Source: Clostridiales bacterium
Lineage (GTDB): Bacteria; Bacillota; Clostridia; Oscillospirales; CAG-272
Length of the DNA stretch: 35,535 nt
Direction of reading: 5' to 3'
Assembly (NCBI GenBank): GCA_918290775.1
Contig: CAKJZF010000017.1
Span: forward strand, 1-35,535
Positions 1 through 7,837 of this stretch are shown one piece after another (the first letter of the stretch is position 1; the number at the start of each line of letters is the position of its first letter). A program made the position numbers and the translations under genes. The notes beneath the pieces are model-generated. The model was not told where the DNA came from. It saw only the letters and a list, made by a program, of their open reading frames with translations, and did not search any database.

Positions 1-101
1 AAAACAAACTAAAAGCGCCCCCTAAAAACATCCCCCCCAAAAAGAAAAAACCTTACCCGATAAGGAAGTAAACGATATAAAGTTCTTTTCGGGAGAAGGG
101 T

Positions 102-147
102 TTGGGGAGAGGGGCTTTTTCTTTCAAGAAAAAGCCCCTCTCCCCAA
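102..147. repeat. Perfect 22-bp inverted repeat (REP-like palindrome or terminator below the NagD gene)
   Basis: TTGGGGAGAGGGGCTTTTTCTT (102-123), TC, then AAGAAAAAGCCCCTCTCCCCAA (126-147); 13 nt beyond the NagD stop. Confidence 0.8.
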
Positions 148-160
148 GGTCTATCTTCTC

Positions 161-985
161 TCATCCGAACATCGCCTGATCCACTTCGTCCAGTGAAGGG
201 AAGAGAAAGTCGGGTTTATCGGCGGGCGCGGCGGCGTCCACATCGGCGGGTTGGGTCTCGCCAGAGAGGACGAGGATAGCGGTAACACCATGGCGGCGAC
301 CGATGGCAATGTCGGTATAGAGACGATCGCCGAAGAAGCACATCTCGTCTTTTGTCACCCCCGTGATCTCGCAGATCATGTCCACCGTTTCGGGGTATGG
401 CTTGCCGAAATAGGTCGGCGTTTTTCCGGTGGAGGCGGTCACAAACGCCGCAATTGCACCGCTGTCGGGGATAAAGCCGGTCTCGGTCGGGCAGTTGAAA
501 TCGGGATGCGTTGAGAAATACTGCGCCCCGCCGCGGATCAGACGGCAGGCGTTGTCGAGCTTTTCGTATGTCAAAGTGGTGTCAAAACTGGTGATAACAA
601 TGTCGGCGCGATCCTCTTTCCCCGAAAGAAGGGGGATCCCGTTCTCGCGAAAGTTGTTTTCCAAATCGGGCGTTCCGACCAAATAAACGCTTTTGCCGGG
701 ATGATGGCGTTTGAGATATTCAACGGTCACATCGCCCGAGGTCAGAATCTCCGAGGAGGAGGGAGAAAACCCGAGGCGAGTCAGCTTCTCCAAATAGAAT
801 TTCGGAGAATGGGAGGCATTGTTGGTGAAGAACAGGACGCGGCGACCGCTCGCACGCAGATGGTTGATGAAGCGGATCGCGTAAGGGAAAACACGGTTGC
901 CGAGATAGATCGTTCCGTCCATATCAAATATGTAGAGCTTTTTTTCGTTCAGAAGCGAAATAGAAGGGTTTTCAAAATTCATCAT
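161..985 (-). CDS. HAD-IIA family hydrolase (NagD/AraL-like sugar-phosphate phosphatase)
   Basis: Motifs FDMDGT, FTNN, GKP, GDRLYTDI, VLSGET; GGAG RBS; start could be 985 or 982. Confidence 0.92.
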   Translation of the reverse strand: MMNFENPSISLLNEKKLYIFDMDGTIYLGNRVFPYAIRFINHLRASGRRVLFFTNNASHSPKFYLEKLTRLGFSPSSSEILTSGDVTVEYLKRHHPGKSVYLVGTPDLENNFRENGIPLLSGKEDRADIVITSFDTTLTYEKLDNACRLIRGGAQYFSTHPDFNCPTETGFIPDSGAIAAFVTASTGKTPTYFGKPYPETVDMICEITGVTKDEMCFFGDRLYTDIAIGRRHGVTAILVLSGETQPADVDAAAPADKPDFLFPSLDEVDQAMFG

Positions 986-1017
986 TTGATGCTCCGTTTC
1001 ATGAAATTGCTGTCATT

Positions 1018-1045
1018 ATCATACCATTTTTTTGCGTTTTGTCAA
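1018..1045 (-). promoter_or_regulatory. Sigma-A-type promoter for the NagD gene
   Basis: Minus strand TTGACA-16 nt-TATGAT with extended TG. Confidence 0.6.
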
Positions 1046-1116
1046 GTCTTTTCCCGGGAAAAAGCCGAAAAAGCCGCAAATAGTCGGTTCCTTTCGACAA
1101 AAATAAAAATTGTCTA

Positions 1117-1145
1117 TTGAAATAAGTGATTGAATATGATAAAAT
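1117..1145 (+). promoter_or_regulatory. Sigma-A-type promoter for the DAGK-PlsC-PHP cluster
   Basis: TTGAAA-17 nt-TAAAAT with extended TG. Confidence 0.65.
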
Positions 1146-1202
1146 AAATAGGAAATGGTTGCAAAATCATCCATGAAATTTGTCAAAAGGAGCGAAAAGA
1201 CC

Positions 1203-2072
1203 GTGTATCATGTGTTTTATAACCCCCTGTCGGGCAACGGAAGCGGCGCGGCTTGCGTCGAAAAGCTGAAAGAAATCATCACCGAGGAGATCAAATTCAC
1301 CGATGTGCGCGAGGTGAAGGATTACGCGTCCTATTTTGCCGCGCTGACCGAGGCGGATTCGGTTGTGGTTGCCGGAGGAGACGGCACCCTGAACCATTTT
1401 GTCAACGACATCGACGGCGTTGAGATCCGGAATGACGTCTATCTCTTTACCATGGGAACCGGAAACGACTTCAAGAATGACGTCGCACCCAATGAAGAAG
1501 GGCTGATCAAGATCAACGACTACATCAAGGATCTCCCGATTGTGGAGGTTAACGGTATGACGCGTCGTTTCATCAACGGCATCGGCTACGGAATTGACGG
1601 CTATTGTTGCGAGGTTGGCGACGAGCTGGCGAAAAAGAGCGACAAGCCGGTCAACTATGCGGGTATTGCCATCAAGGGTCTTCTGTTCCACTATAAGCCG
1701 ACGCACGCAACCGTGACGGTTGACGGCACGACCGAAGAATATAATCGCGTTTGGCTGGCGCCTTCCATGAACGGACGTTTCTACGGCGGCGGAATGAACA
1801 TCGCGCCGGCGCAGGATCGCCTCGCAACCCCCAAAACGCTTTCGGTGGTCGTTCTACACGGATCCGGGAAGCTCAAAACCCTCATGCTTTTTCCGTCCAT
1901 TTTCAAGGGAGAGCATATCAAGCATGAAAAGCAGGTCAGCATCCGGACGGGGAAGGACATCACCGTGAAGTTTGACCGTCCCGTGGCGCTCCAGATCGAC
2001 GGCGAAACCGTTCTCGGCGTCACCGAGTACACCGTCCATGCAACGGCGGCTCAGGCGAACGAAGCGGTCTGA
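1203..2072 (+). CDS. Diacylglycerol/lipid kinase family protein (YegS/DgkB-like)
   Basis: NPLSGNG, GGDGTLN, GTGNDF, GRFYGGG, QIDGE; start moved to GTG at 1203 behind AGGAG (1188-1192). Confidence 0.9.
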   Translation: MYHVFYNPLSGNGSGAACVEKLKEIITEEIKFTDVREVKDYASYFAALTEADSVVVAGGDGTLNHFVNDIDGVEIRNDVYLFTMGTGNDFKNDVAPNEEGLIKINDYIKDLPIVEVNGMTRRFINGIGYGIDGYCCEVGDELAKKSDKPVNYAGIAIKGLLFHYKPTHATVTVDGTTEEYNRVWLAPSMNGRFYGGGMNIAPAQDRLATPKTLSVVVLHGSGKLKTLMLFPSIFKGEHIKHEKQVSIRTGKDITVKFDRPVALQIDGETVLGVTEYTVHATAAQANEAV

Positions 2073-2087
2073 CGCGGGGGAAACGGA

Positions 2088-2888
2088 ATGTTCCTTTCTG
2101 CATTGTTTCTGATTTCCGCGGTGGCGGGCGCGTGCGGCATTGTTTTCGGCGCATCCGTCAGCCCTTGGTGGCTGTTTGCGCTGATTCCCGGGCTGTTTAT
2201 CGGGTGTACGCTGATTTACGTGATCTGCATCTATGTCATCTCGCTCCTGATCCCCAAGAGGGAACCGAAAAAATCGAGCGCGTTCTGCCGGTTGAATATC
2301 CGCCTGTTTTTGAATTGGTTGCTCTTTGTGCTCCGTGTGAAGGTTCATATCAAAGGGGAGAAGATGCTTCCGGGCGAGCCGTGCGTCATCGTTTCCAACC
2401 ATCGGTCGGCGTTTGACCCCATGACTGTGATTGCAAAGGTCAAACGGAAGAAATTGCTCTTCATCTCAAAGCCGGGCAATTTCAAGGCGCCCATCGCCGG
2501 TGCGTTCATTCGTGGCGCGGCATACTTGCCGATCGACCGCGACAACGGAATGCGTGCTTTGCGCACGCTTAAGGACGCAGCCGAGCGCATGAAGGCGGAG
2601 GGTGCGGACTTTGGTATCTACCCGGAGGGATCGCGCAGCAAAACCGGGGAACTTCAGGAGTTTAAGTCGGGCGCGTTTTATCTTGCGAAGAAGGCGGACG
2701 CGCCTATCGCGGTGATGACGGCATGGAACACCGAAAAAGTCGGCAAAAAGTTCCCGATCCGGCGAACCCACGTCTATCTGGACTTTATCGGCGTGGTCGA
2801 CCGCGAGACGGTTCGCTCCGCAACGATGGATGAGCTGGCGGCGCTGACGCGCGGCATGGTGGAGGAGCATTTGAAAACGCTATCTTGA
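2088..2888 (+). CDS. plsC: 1-acyl-sn-glycerol-3-phosphate acyltransferase (PlsC family)
   Basis: Two N-terminal TM segments; NHRSAFD (HxxxxD), FISK, IDR, YPEGSRS, FKSGAF. Confidence 0.88.
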   Translation: MFLSALFLISAVAGACGIVFGASVSPWWLFALIPGLFIGCTLIYVICIYVISLLIPKREPKKSSAFCRLNIRLFLNWLLFVLRVKVHIKGEKMLPGEPCVIVSNHRSAFDPMTVIAKVKRKKLLFISKPGNFKAPIAGAFIRGAAYLPIDRDNGMRALRTLKDAAERMKAEGADFGIYPEGSRSKTGELQEFKSGAFYLAKKADAPIAVMTAWNTEKVGKKFPIRRTHVYLDFIGVVDRETVRSATMDELAALTRGMVEEHLKTLS

Positions 2889-2897
2889 AACAGCGAG

Positions 2898-3731
2898 GTG
2901 CATGAAGTGAAATTTCCGAAAATCAGTTTACACAACCATACCGTTTTTTGCGACGGAACCGACACGCCGGAGGCAATGGTTCTCGCGGCGATAGAGGAGG
3001 GTGTGGAGACGATCGGTTTTTCGGGGCATTCATGCACCTCGTTTGATCTGTCCTATTGCATGACGCGGGAAAAGACCGAGGCGTACCGCGCGGAGATTTT
3101 GCAGTTGCGCGAGAAATACCGTGACCGCATTCGGATTCTGCTCGGCATTGAGCGCGATTACTACGCCGATCCCGATGACGCGCAGTATGATTACGTCATC
3201 GGATCCGTTCACTACATTGTGGCGGACGACGGCGCAATCTGCCCGGTTGACGAAAGCCGCGAGCAGGTGGTGAGCGACGTTCAAAAGCATTTCGGCGGGA
3301 ACGTCTACCGTTGGACGAAGCGCTATTATGAAACGCTTGCATTGATTGCGGAAAAGACCCACTGCAACATGGTAGGGCATTTTGACTTGGTTCAGAAATT
3401 CAACGGCGACGGAACCCTGTTTGATTCGGAGCTTCCGAGCTACCGGCTTCCGTTGCTGGACGCGATGGAGACTCTGACCAATTCGGACGTGATTTTTGAA
3501 ATCAATACCGCTGGGATGCGCAAACGAAAGATTCCTTATCCGTCCCCCGATATCCTGCGGTGGTTGGCACAGCACAACGCGAGAACCGTCATCACGGCGG
3601 ATGCGCATCGGAAAGAGGACATTCTCTCCGGCTTTGAATCCGCGGTGCTCTATGCAAAGGCGTGCGGCGTCGGAGGTTTTACCGTTCCGCGCGGCGACGC
3701 ATGGGTCACCGTTTCGATGGGGGACGCATGA
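2898..3731 (+). CDS. PHP-family phosphatase, histidinol-phosphatase HisJ/HisK-like
   Basis: HNHTxxCDG, SGH, GIERD, IGSVH, GHFD, EINT, ADAH metal motifs; GTG start. Confidence 0.85.
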   Translation: MHEVKFPKISLHNHTVFCDGTDTPEAMVLAAIEEGVETIGFSGHSCTSFDLSYCMTREKTEAYRAEILQLREKYRDRIRILLGIERDYYADPDDAQYDYVIGSVHYIVADDGAICPVDESREQVVSDVQKHFGGNVYRWTKRYYETLALIAEKTHCNMVGHFDLVQKFNGDGTLFDSELPSYRLPLLDAMETLTNSDVIFEINTAGMRKRKIPYPSPDILRWLAQHNARTVITADAHRKEDILSGFESAVLYAKACGVGGFTVPRGDAWVTVSMGDA

Positions 3732-3788
3732 CCCATTCAGAAAGTACTGGATCCATCTGCTCCTTCTGATTGATTCAGTGATTTCTAA

Positions 3789-3828
3789 AAAAATCCCTGC
3801 GGCAAAATCGTTCACCGCAGGGATTTTT
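3789..3828. terminator. Bidirectional intrinsic terminator between the PHP gene and the GLUG/peptide unit
   Basis: AAAAATCCCTGCGG...CCGCAGGGATTTTT with A/T tails on both sides. Confidence 0.85.
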
Positions 3829-3837
3829 CAATCCGGG

Positions 3838-3987
3838 TCAGTCCCAGAAAATATTCCAATTCCAAAGGTCGCCTTGAGACGCTTCCGTATAAACCAAACT
3901 TGTGCGGATTACATCGCATTCGGAGACGGGCGAGAGGGACAATTCAGGCGAGAGATAGGGCTTTTTGAGATCGGTTACTTGTTCCAT
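3838..3987 (-). CDS. 49-aa peptide MEQVTDLKKPYLSPELSLSPVSECDVIRTSLVYTEASQGDLWNWNIFWD with a YxxPxL leader-like motif
   Basis: Translated by hand: ATG 3987 to TGA 3838; GGAGG at 4004-4000; overlaps the GLUG gene by 13 nt; ends 9 nt before the terminator; not in the ORF track. Confidence 0.7.
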   Translation of the reverse strand: MEQVTDLKKPYLSPELSLSPVSECDVIRTSLVYTEASQGDLWNWNIFWD

Positions 3988-5444
3988 GTTACCGTGTAAC
4001 CTCCGTCTGTTTTGGTCAAAGTAAAGGAATAGGTATCGGTCGGTTCGGCGCCGGATGCGTAGGCGTAAACTGAAAAACTGACCGAGTCTCCTGTATCCAG
4101 CGTGCCGCCGGGAAAGGTTGCGGCAAAGAGATAACCGTCCGATCCGCGGAGCTGTTGTGCTGTGTATACCAAAGTCTGTTCATCGTAAATGCCGAGCAGA
4201 GAGGTGAAAACCGAGCTGCAGGGAAAATTCAGTTCGCCTTTCGGGGATCCGATGGCGGAGATGCGGAAGCCCGCGTCGGTGTATGTGGTTTCCGCGTCGA
4301 TGCTGGCGATGAAGCGGATCGCGAGCGTTGAACCTTCGGAAAGCTGAATACCGTGAAAACGAACGCCGAGCGTTTCTTCCTTTGTCTCCTCCGGCACCTC
4401 GCTTTCGGCATCGTAGTGAGAGCAGTCGGTTTGGGTAACGATTGCGCTCCCTTTCTTCCCGTAAATGCCTCCGGTTTTGCTACCGATTATGGTTCCTTCG
4501 GAGCGGATGCCGGAGAGATCAACCGAAACGGCTTGAATATCCCCGCTGGAGATATTGCTGTTGTTAGCGGAGCCGATGGCTCCTCCGGCAGTTGTCACCG
4601 CACTTACATCCGCGCGGCAAGCACAGTCTTTTAGCAAAAGGTTGCCTTGCACATTGCCGATCAGACCGCCGGCTGTTGTGCCGCCGGTCACATTTCCTTT
4701 GTTGGTGCAGTTCTCAATCTGCGCGGCTTTTTGCCCTTCGGTGCGATCACGAACGCTGTCAACCCGCGCGATCAGACCGCCACAGAAGGTGTTGCCGGAA
4801 ACGGGAGCTAAGTTGAGTACATTCGAAATGACGGCGCCTTCCGCAACGCGGGCGGCAAGCGACGCCGCGCACCCGTTGGTATATCCGTCCGCCTCCGCAA
4901 AGGTGCAACCCGCGCCGAGTACGACATTCCGGATCACCGCGCCGGATTGTACGGCGCCGAACAGCGCGGTATAGGCGTATGTCTTTTTGGTGGATCCGAC
5001 GGTCTTGACCGCAAGGTTGTCGATCACATACCCACGACCGTCAAAGGTGCCGCCGAAAGAAACACCCGGAAATGCGGCAGAATATGCGGCAAGACCGTTT
5101 CCGATCGGTTCAAAATCGGTCACGCCGCTCATGTCGATTGAGGCGCAGAGACAGACATGAACTCCCGCGCTTCGGAATCTCGAATTGTTGTTCACCAAAA
5201 ATGAAAAGCGACGCAAATCCTCCGCGTCATAAATCCCATACCATATGGAGCTATTCACTTCGTCATCGTTTTCATAGTCAAACGAGGTGATTTTGACAAT
5301 CGTTTCGCCGGAAGCAATGTCTTCGCGTGCGACCGAAGCGTCGTATCCGATGGCATTTGCCAAGGGGCAGGAAAACAGGATCAGCACCGAGATCAGAAAA
5401 TGGAACAGGAACGGCTTGATCCGTTTCAGAACGTGTTTCTTCAT
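3975..5444 (-). CDS. Secreted GLUG-motif (beta-solenoid) protein with a separate C-terminal beta-rich domain
   Basis: Signal peptide MKKHVLKR..ANA; FGGTFDGRGYVIDNL, ALFG, GGLIA, IENCTNKGNVTG..AGGLIG; acidic linker ESEVPEETKEET; start at 5444 behind AAGGA. Confidence 0.8.
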   Translation of the reverse strand: MKKHVLKRIKPFLFHFLISVLILFSCPLANAIGYDASVAREDIASGETIVKITSFDYENDDEVNSSIWYGIYDAEDLRRFSFLVNNNSRFRSAGVHVCLCASIDMSGVTDFEPIGNGLAAYSAAFPGVSFGGTFDGRGYVIDNLAVKTVGSTKKTYAYTALFGAVQSGAVIRNVVLGAGCTFAEADGYTNGCAASLAARVAEGAVISNVLNLAPVSGNTFCGGLIARVDSVRDRTEGQKAAQIENCTNKGNVTGGTTAGGLIGNVQGNLLLKDCACRADVSAVTTAGGAIGSANNSNISSGDIQAVSVDLSGIRSEGTIIGSKTGGIYGKKGSAIVTQTDCSHYDAESEVPEETKEETLGVRFHGIQLSEGSTLAIRFIASIDAETTYTDAGFRISAIGSPKGELNFPCSSVFTSLLGIYDEQTLVYTAQQLRGSDGYLFAATFPGGTLDTGDSVSFSVYAYASGAEPTDTYSFTLTKTDGGYTVTWNK

Positions 5445-5477
5445 GATCGTTCCTTTCATTTTTTTATATTCGACCGT

Positions 5478-5506
5478 ATTTTAACATGAATTTCCAATTT
5501 TTTCAA
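5478..5506 (-). promoter_or_regulatory. Sigma-A-type promoter for the GLUG protein and peptide
   Basis: Minus strand TTGAAA-17 nt-TAAAAT with extended TG. Confidence 0.65.
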
Positions 5507-5717
5507 GTGGTTTGCAAAAAATCAGATTGTCCGACAAAATATGGCAGAATATGCATCCAAATTTATGCAATTTGATTATAGATTCTTGTAATTTAATGAT
5601 GAATTTCATGGTATTCGGAATGTATGGCATGACATTCTTTGACATGGATCAAAAGCACGGATCCGCCGACGGGCAAAAAGCGGACAAAACATCAGAAAAG
5701 GAGGAGCGGAAAACGCG

Positions 5718-6143
5718 ATGAAATGGTTTTTGGTCAACCACGGTTCTTTTTACGGAAATGAGATCCTTCACGGTTGCGTCTTTGTCCCGCGGAAACATGA
5801 GGATGACGCGGAACGGATGCGCGGTGTTTGCAAAGGGGACGTCTTTTTCCATGTTTCAAAAGCGGGAATATCGGCGGTCGGCGTTGCGATGCGTCCCTGC
5901 CGAATTTTGCCGTTTCCAGCATGGAGGATTTGTGAATCCGAATTGGGAGATCGGGGCTATTTGGCGGATCTGCAATGCCTGCTTCTTGGGAATTCGGTCG
6001 CATCACCGTTTCCCAAAAGACGCTATCTGACGGAGCTTTCGGAGGAAGAAGGGGAACGGCTGGCGGAGAAAATCGAGGAGCGAAACCCGTTGGTTTCTGC
6101 TTTTTTGGGGAGATGGCGGGAGAAACCTGTCGAAAATTCATAA
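5718..6143 (+). CDS. Hypothetical protein resembling a stand-alone EVE/PUA-like domain
   Basis: AAGGAGG RBS; WFLVNHG..E..G.VFVP..M..V.KGDVFFH....I.AVG.A..GYL..YLTEL pattern recalls the N-terminal domain of EVE-HNH nucleases. Confidence 0.65.
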   Translation: MKWFLVNHGSFYGNEILHGCVFVPRKHEDDAERMRGVCKGDVFFHVSKAGISAVGVAMRPCRILPFPAWRICESELGDRGYLADLQCLLLGNSVASPFPKRRYLTELSEEEGERLAEKIEERNPLVSAFLGRWREKPVENS

Positions 6144-6185
6144 GACATTTGATCGGAAAACCGAAAAAATTATATTGAAAGACTA

Positions 6186-6213
6186 TTGACTTTTTTTGCT
6201 GAAATGTTATAAT
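6186..6213 (+). promoter_or_regulatory. Sigma-A-type promoter for the rhamnulokinase gene
   Basis: TTGACT-16 nt-TATAAT with extended TG. Confidence 0.7.
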
Positions 6214-6262
6214 ATATGTGTAAGTTCGCACTGGGAAACCCTGCCGATCGGAGGATGGACAA

Positions 6263-7723
6263 ATGGCACAACGCAAAATGCTCGCAATTGATCTCGGCGC
6301 TTCCAGCGGTCGCGGCATTGTGGGCTCTTTTGATGGAAACCGATTGTCGCTGGAGGAGAACCATCGGTTTTCCAACGATCCCGTGATTCTGAACGGCACC
6401 ATGTATTGGGACATCCTTCGCATTTTCCATGAGATCAAACAGTCCATCGGAAAAACTGTGATCGCAGGGGAGAAGATTGCTTCCATGGGAATCGACACCT
6501 GGGGCGTGGACTACGCATTGATCGGCGGAAACGGGCAGATGATCTCCAACCCCGTTCACTACCGCGACAAACGCACCGTTGGCGCCCAGGAGCGTGTTTC
6601 CCGGTATATTGACCCGCAGGAGCTTTATGAGATCGCGGGAATTCAGAAGCTCAATTTTAACACCGTCTATCAGCTCGCCGTGGAGGATCCCAAACGGATC
6701 GCACAGGCGGAGCGGATGCTCAACATTCCCGATCTGCTCAATTATTTTTTGACCGGGAAAATGTGTAATGAGTATACCATTCTTTCGACCGGGGCGTTGC
6801 TCGACGCCAAGAAGCGTGACTACGCGTGGAGCGTGACCGATCGTCTGAACCTGCCGCGCAGGTTGTTCGGCAACATCGTTCAACCTGGGACAGATCTCGG
6901 AGAGTTGCTTCCGCAGGTGCAGGAGGAGACGGGGAAAACCAACCTTCGCGTGATGACCGTTGCGTCGCATGACACAGCAAGCGCGGTGATCGCCGTTCCC
7001 AGCCGGGAGGAGGACTTCATCTACATTAGCAGCGGCACATGGTCGCTCATGGGGACCGAGCTTCCCGACCCACTGATCAACGACGTGAGCCGCAAGCTTA
7101 ATTTTACCAATGAGGGCGGTGCGCTTGGCACCATTCGGTTCCTGAAAAACATCATGGGGCTTTGGATCATTCAGGAGTCCCGCCGGCAATGGAAGCGGGA
7201 AGGAAACGATTATTCCTTCGCGCAGCTCGAAGCGTGGGCGCGGGAATGCGAACCGTTGCGCTGTTTCGTGGACGTGGACGACGAATCGTTCGCCGCGCCG
7301 GGCAATATGCCGGAGCGGATCCGCGATTACTGCCGCAAAACGGGGCAGTACGTGCCGCAGACCGTAGGTGAGGTTGTTCGGTGCATTTATGAGAGCCTCG
7401 CGCTGAAATATCGCGCGGTGGTTGAGAAAATTCAGACGCTCAAAGGAAAGCCGGCAAAGGTGATTCATGTGGTCGGCGGGGGAACCAAGGACCGTTTCCT
7501 CTCCGCCATGACAGCGGATGCCTGCGGAATTCCTGTTGCGGCGGGTCCAGAAGAGGCAACCGCCATCGGAAACCTGATGATGCAGGCAATCGCGTCCGGC
7601 GAGGTGGCAGACCTCGGTCAGGCAAGAGAAATTATTTCGGCATCCTTTGAGCTGAAGCATTACGAGCCGTCCCCGGATCGGAATTTGTGGGATGACGCGT
7701 ACGGCAGATTCTGCGGTTTATAA
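6263..7723 (+). CDS. rhaB: Rhamnulokinase / L-fuculokinase (FGGY family)
   Basis: LAIDLGASSGR, GIDTWGVDY, HYRDKRT, SHDTASAV, SSGTWSLMG, FTNEGG, LKNIMGLW, VGGG, EATAIGN; GGAGG RBS. Confidence 0.9.
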   Translation: MAQRKMLAIDLGASSGRGIVGSFDGNRLSLEENHRFSNDPVILNGTMYWDILRIFHEIKQSIGKTVIAGEKIASMGIDTWGVDYALIGGNGQMISNPVHYRDKRTVGAQERVSRYIDPQELYEIAGIQKLNFNTVYQLAVEDPKRIAQAERMLNIPDLLNYFLTGKMCNEYTILSTGALLDAKKRDYAWSVTDRLNLPRRLFGNIVQPGTDLGELLPQVQEETGKTNLRVMTVASHDTASAVIAVPSREEDFIYISSGTWSLMGTELPDPLINDVSRKLNFTNEGGALGTIRFLKNIMGLWIIQESRRQWKREGNDYSFAQLEAWARECEPLRCFVDVDDESFAAPGNMPERIRDYCRKTGQYVPQTVGEVVRCIYESLALKYRAVVEKIQTLKGKPAKVIHVVGGGTKDRFLSAMTADACGIPVAAGPEEATAIGNLMMQAIASGEVADLGQAREIISASFELKHYEPSPDRNLWDDAYGRFCGL

Positions 7724-7837
7724 TTCGCTTTTGCGTGTTATAGAAATCCGACGAAAACAAACCCGTCGGAACCGCGCGGAAAGCCGTTGCGGTCATGGGG
7801 CGCCCATGTGGCACATAACAAAATTCCGGAGGTACTT

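Noticed and set aside
3838-3987. Calling the peptide a lasso or darobactin precursor outright
   Set aside because: Core rules are not met, the WNW match is only three residues, and no maturation genes are in the window. Kept only as an unclassified candidate.
5512-5721. 69-aa Met-rich ORF overlapping the start of the EVE-like gene
   Set aside because: AT-rich promoter-type sequence, no RBS, no motif.
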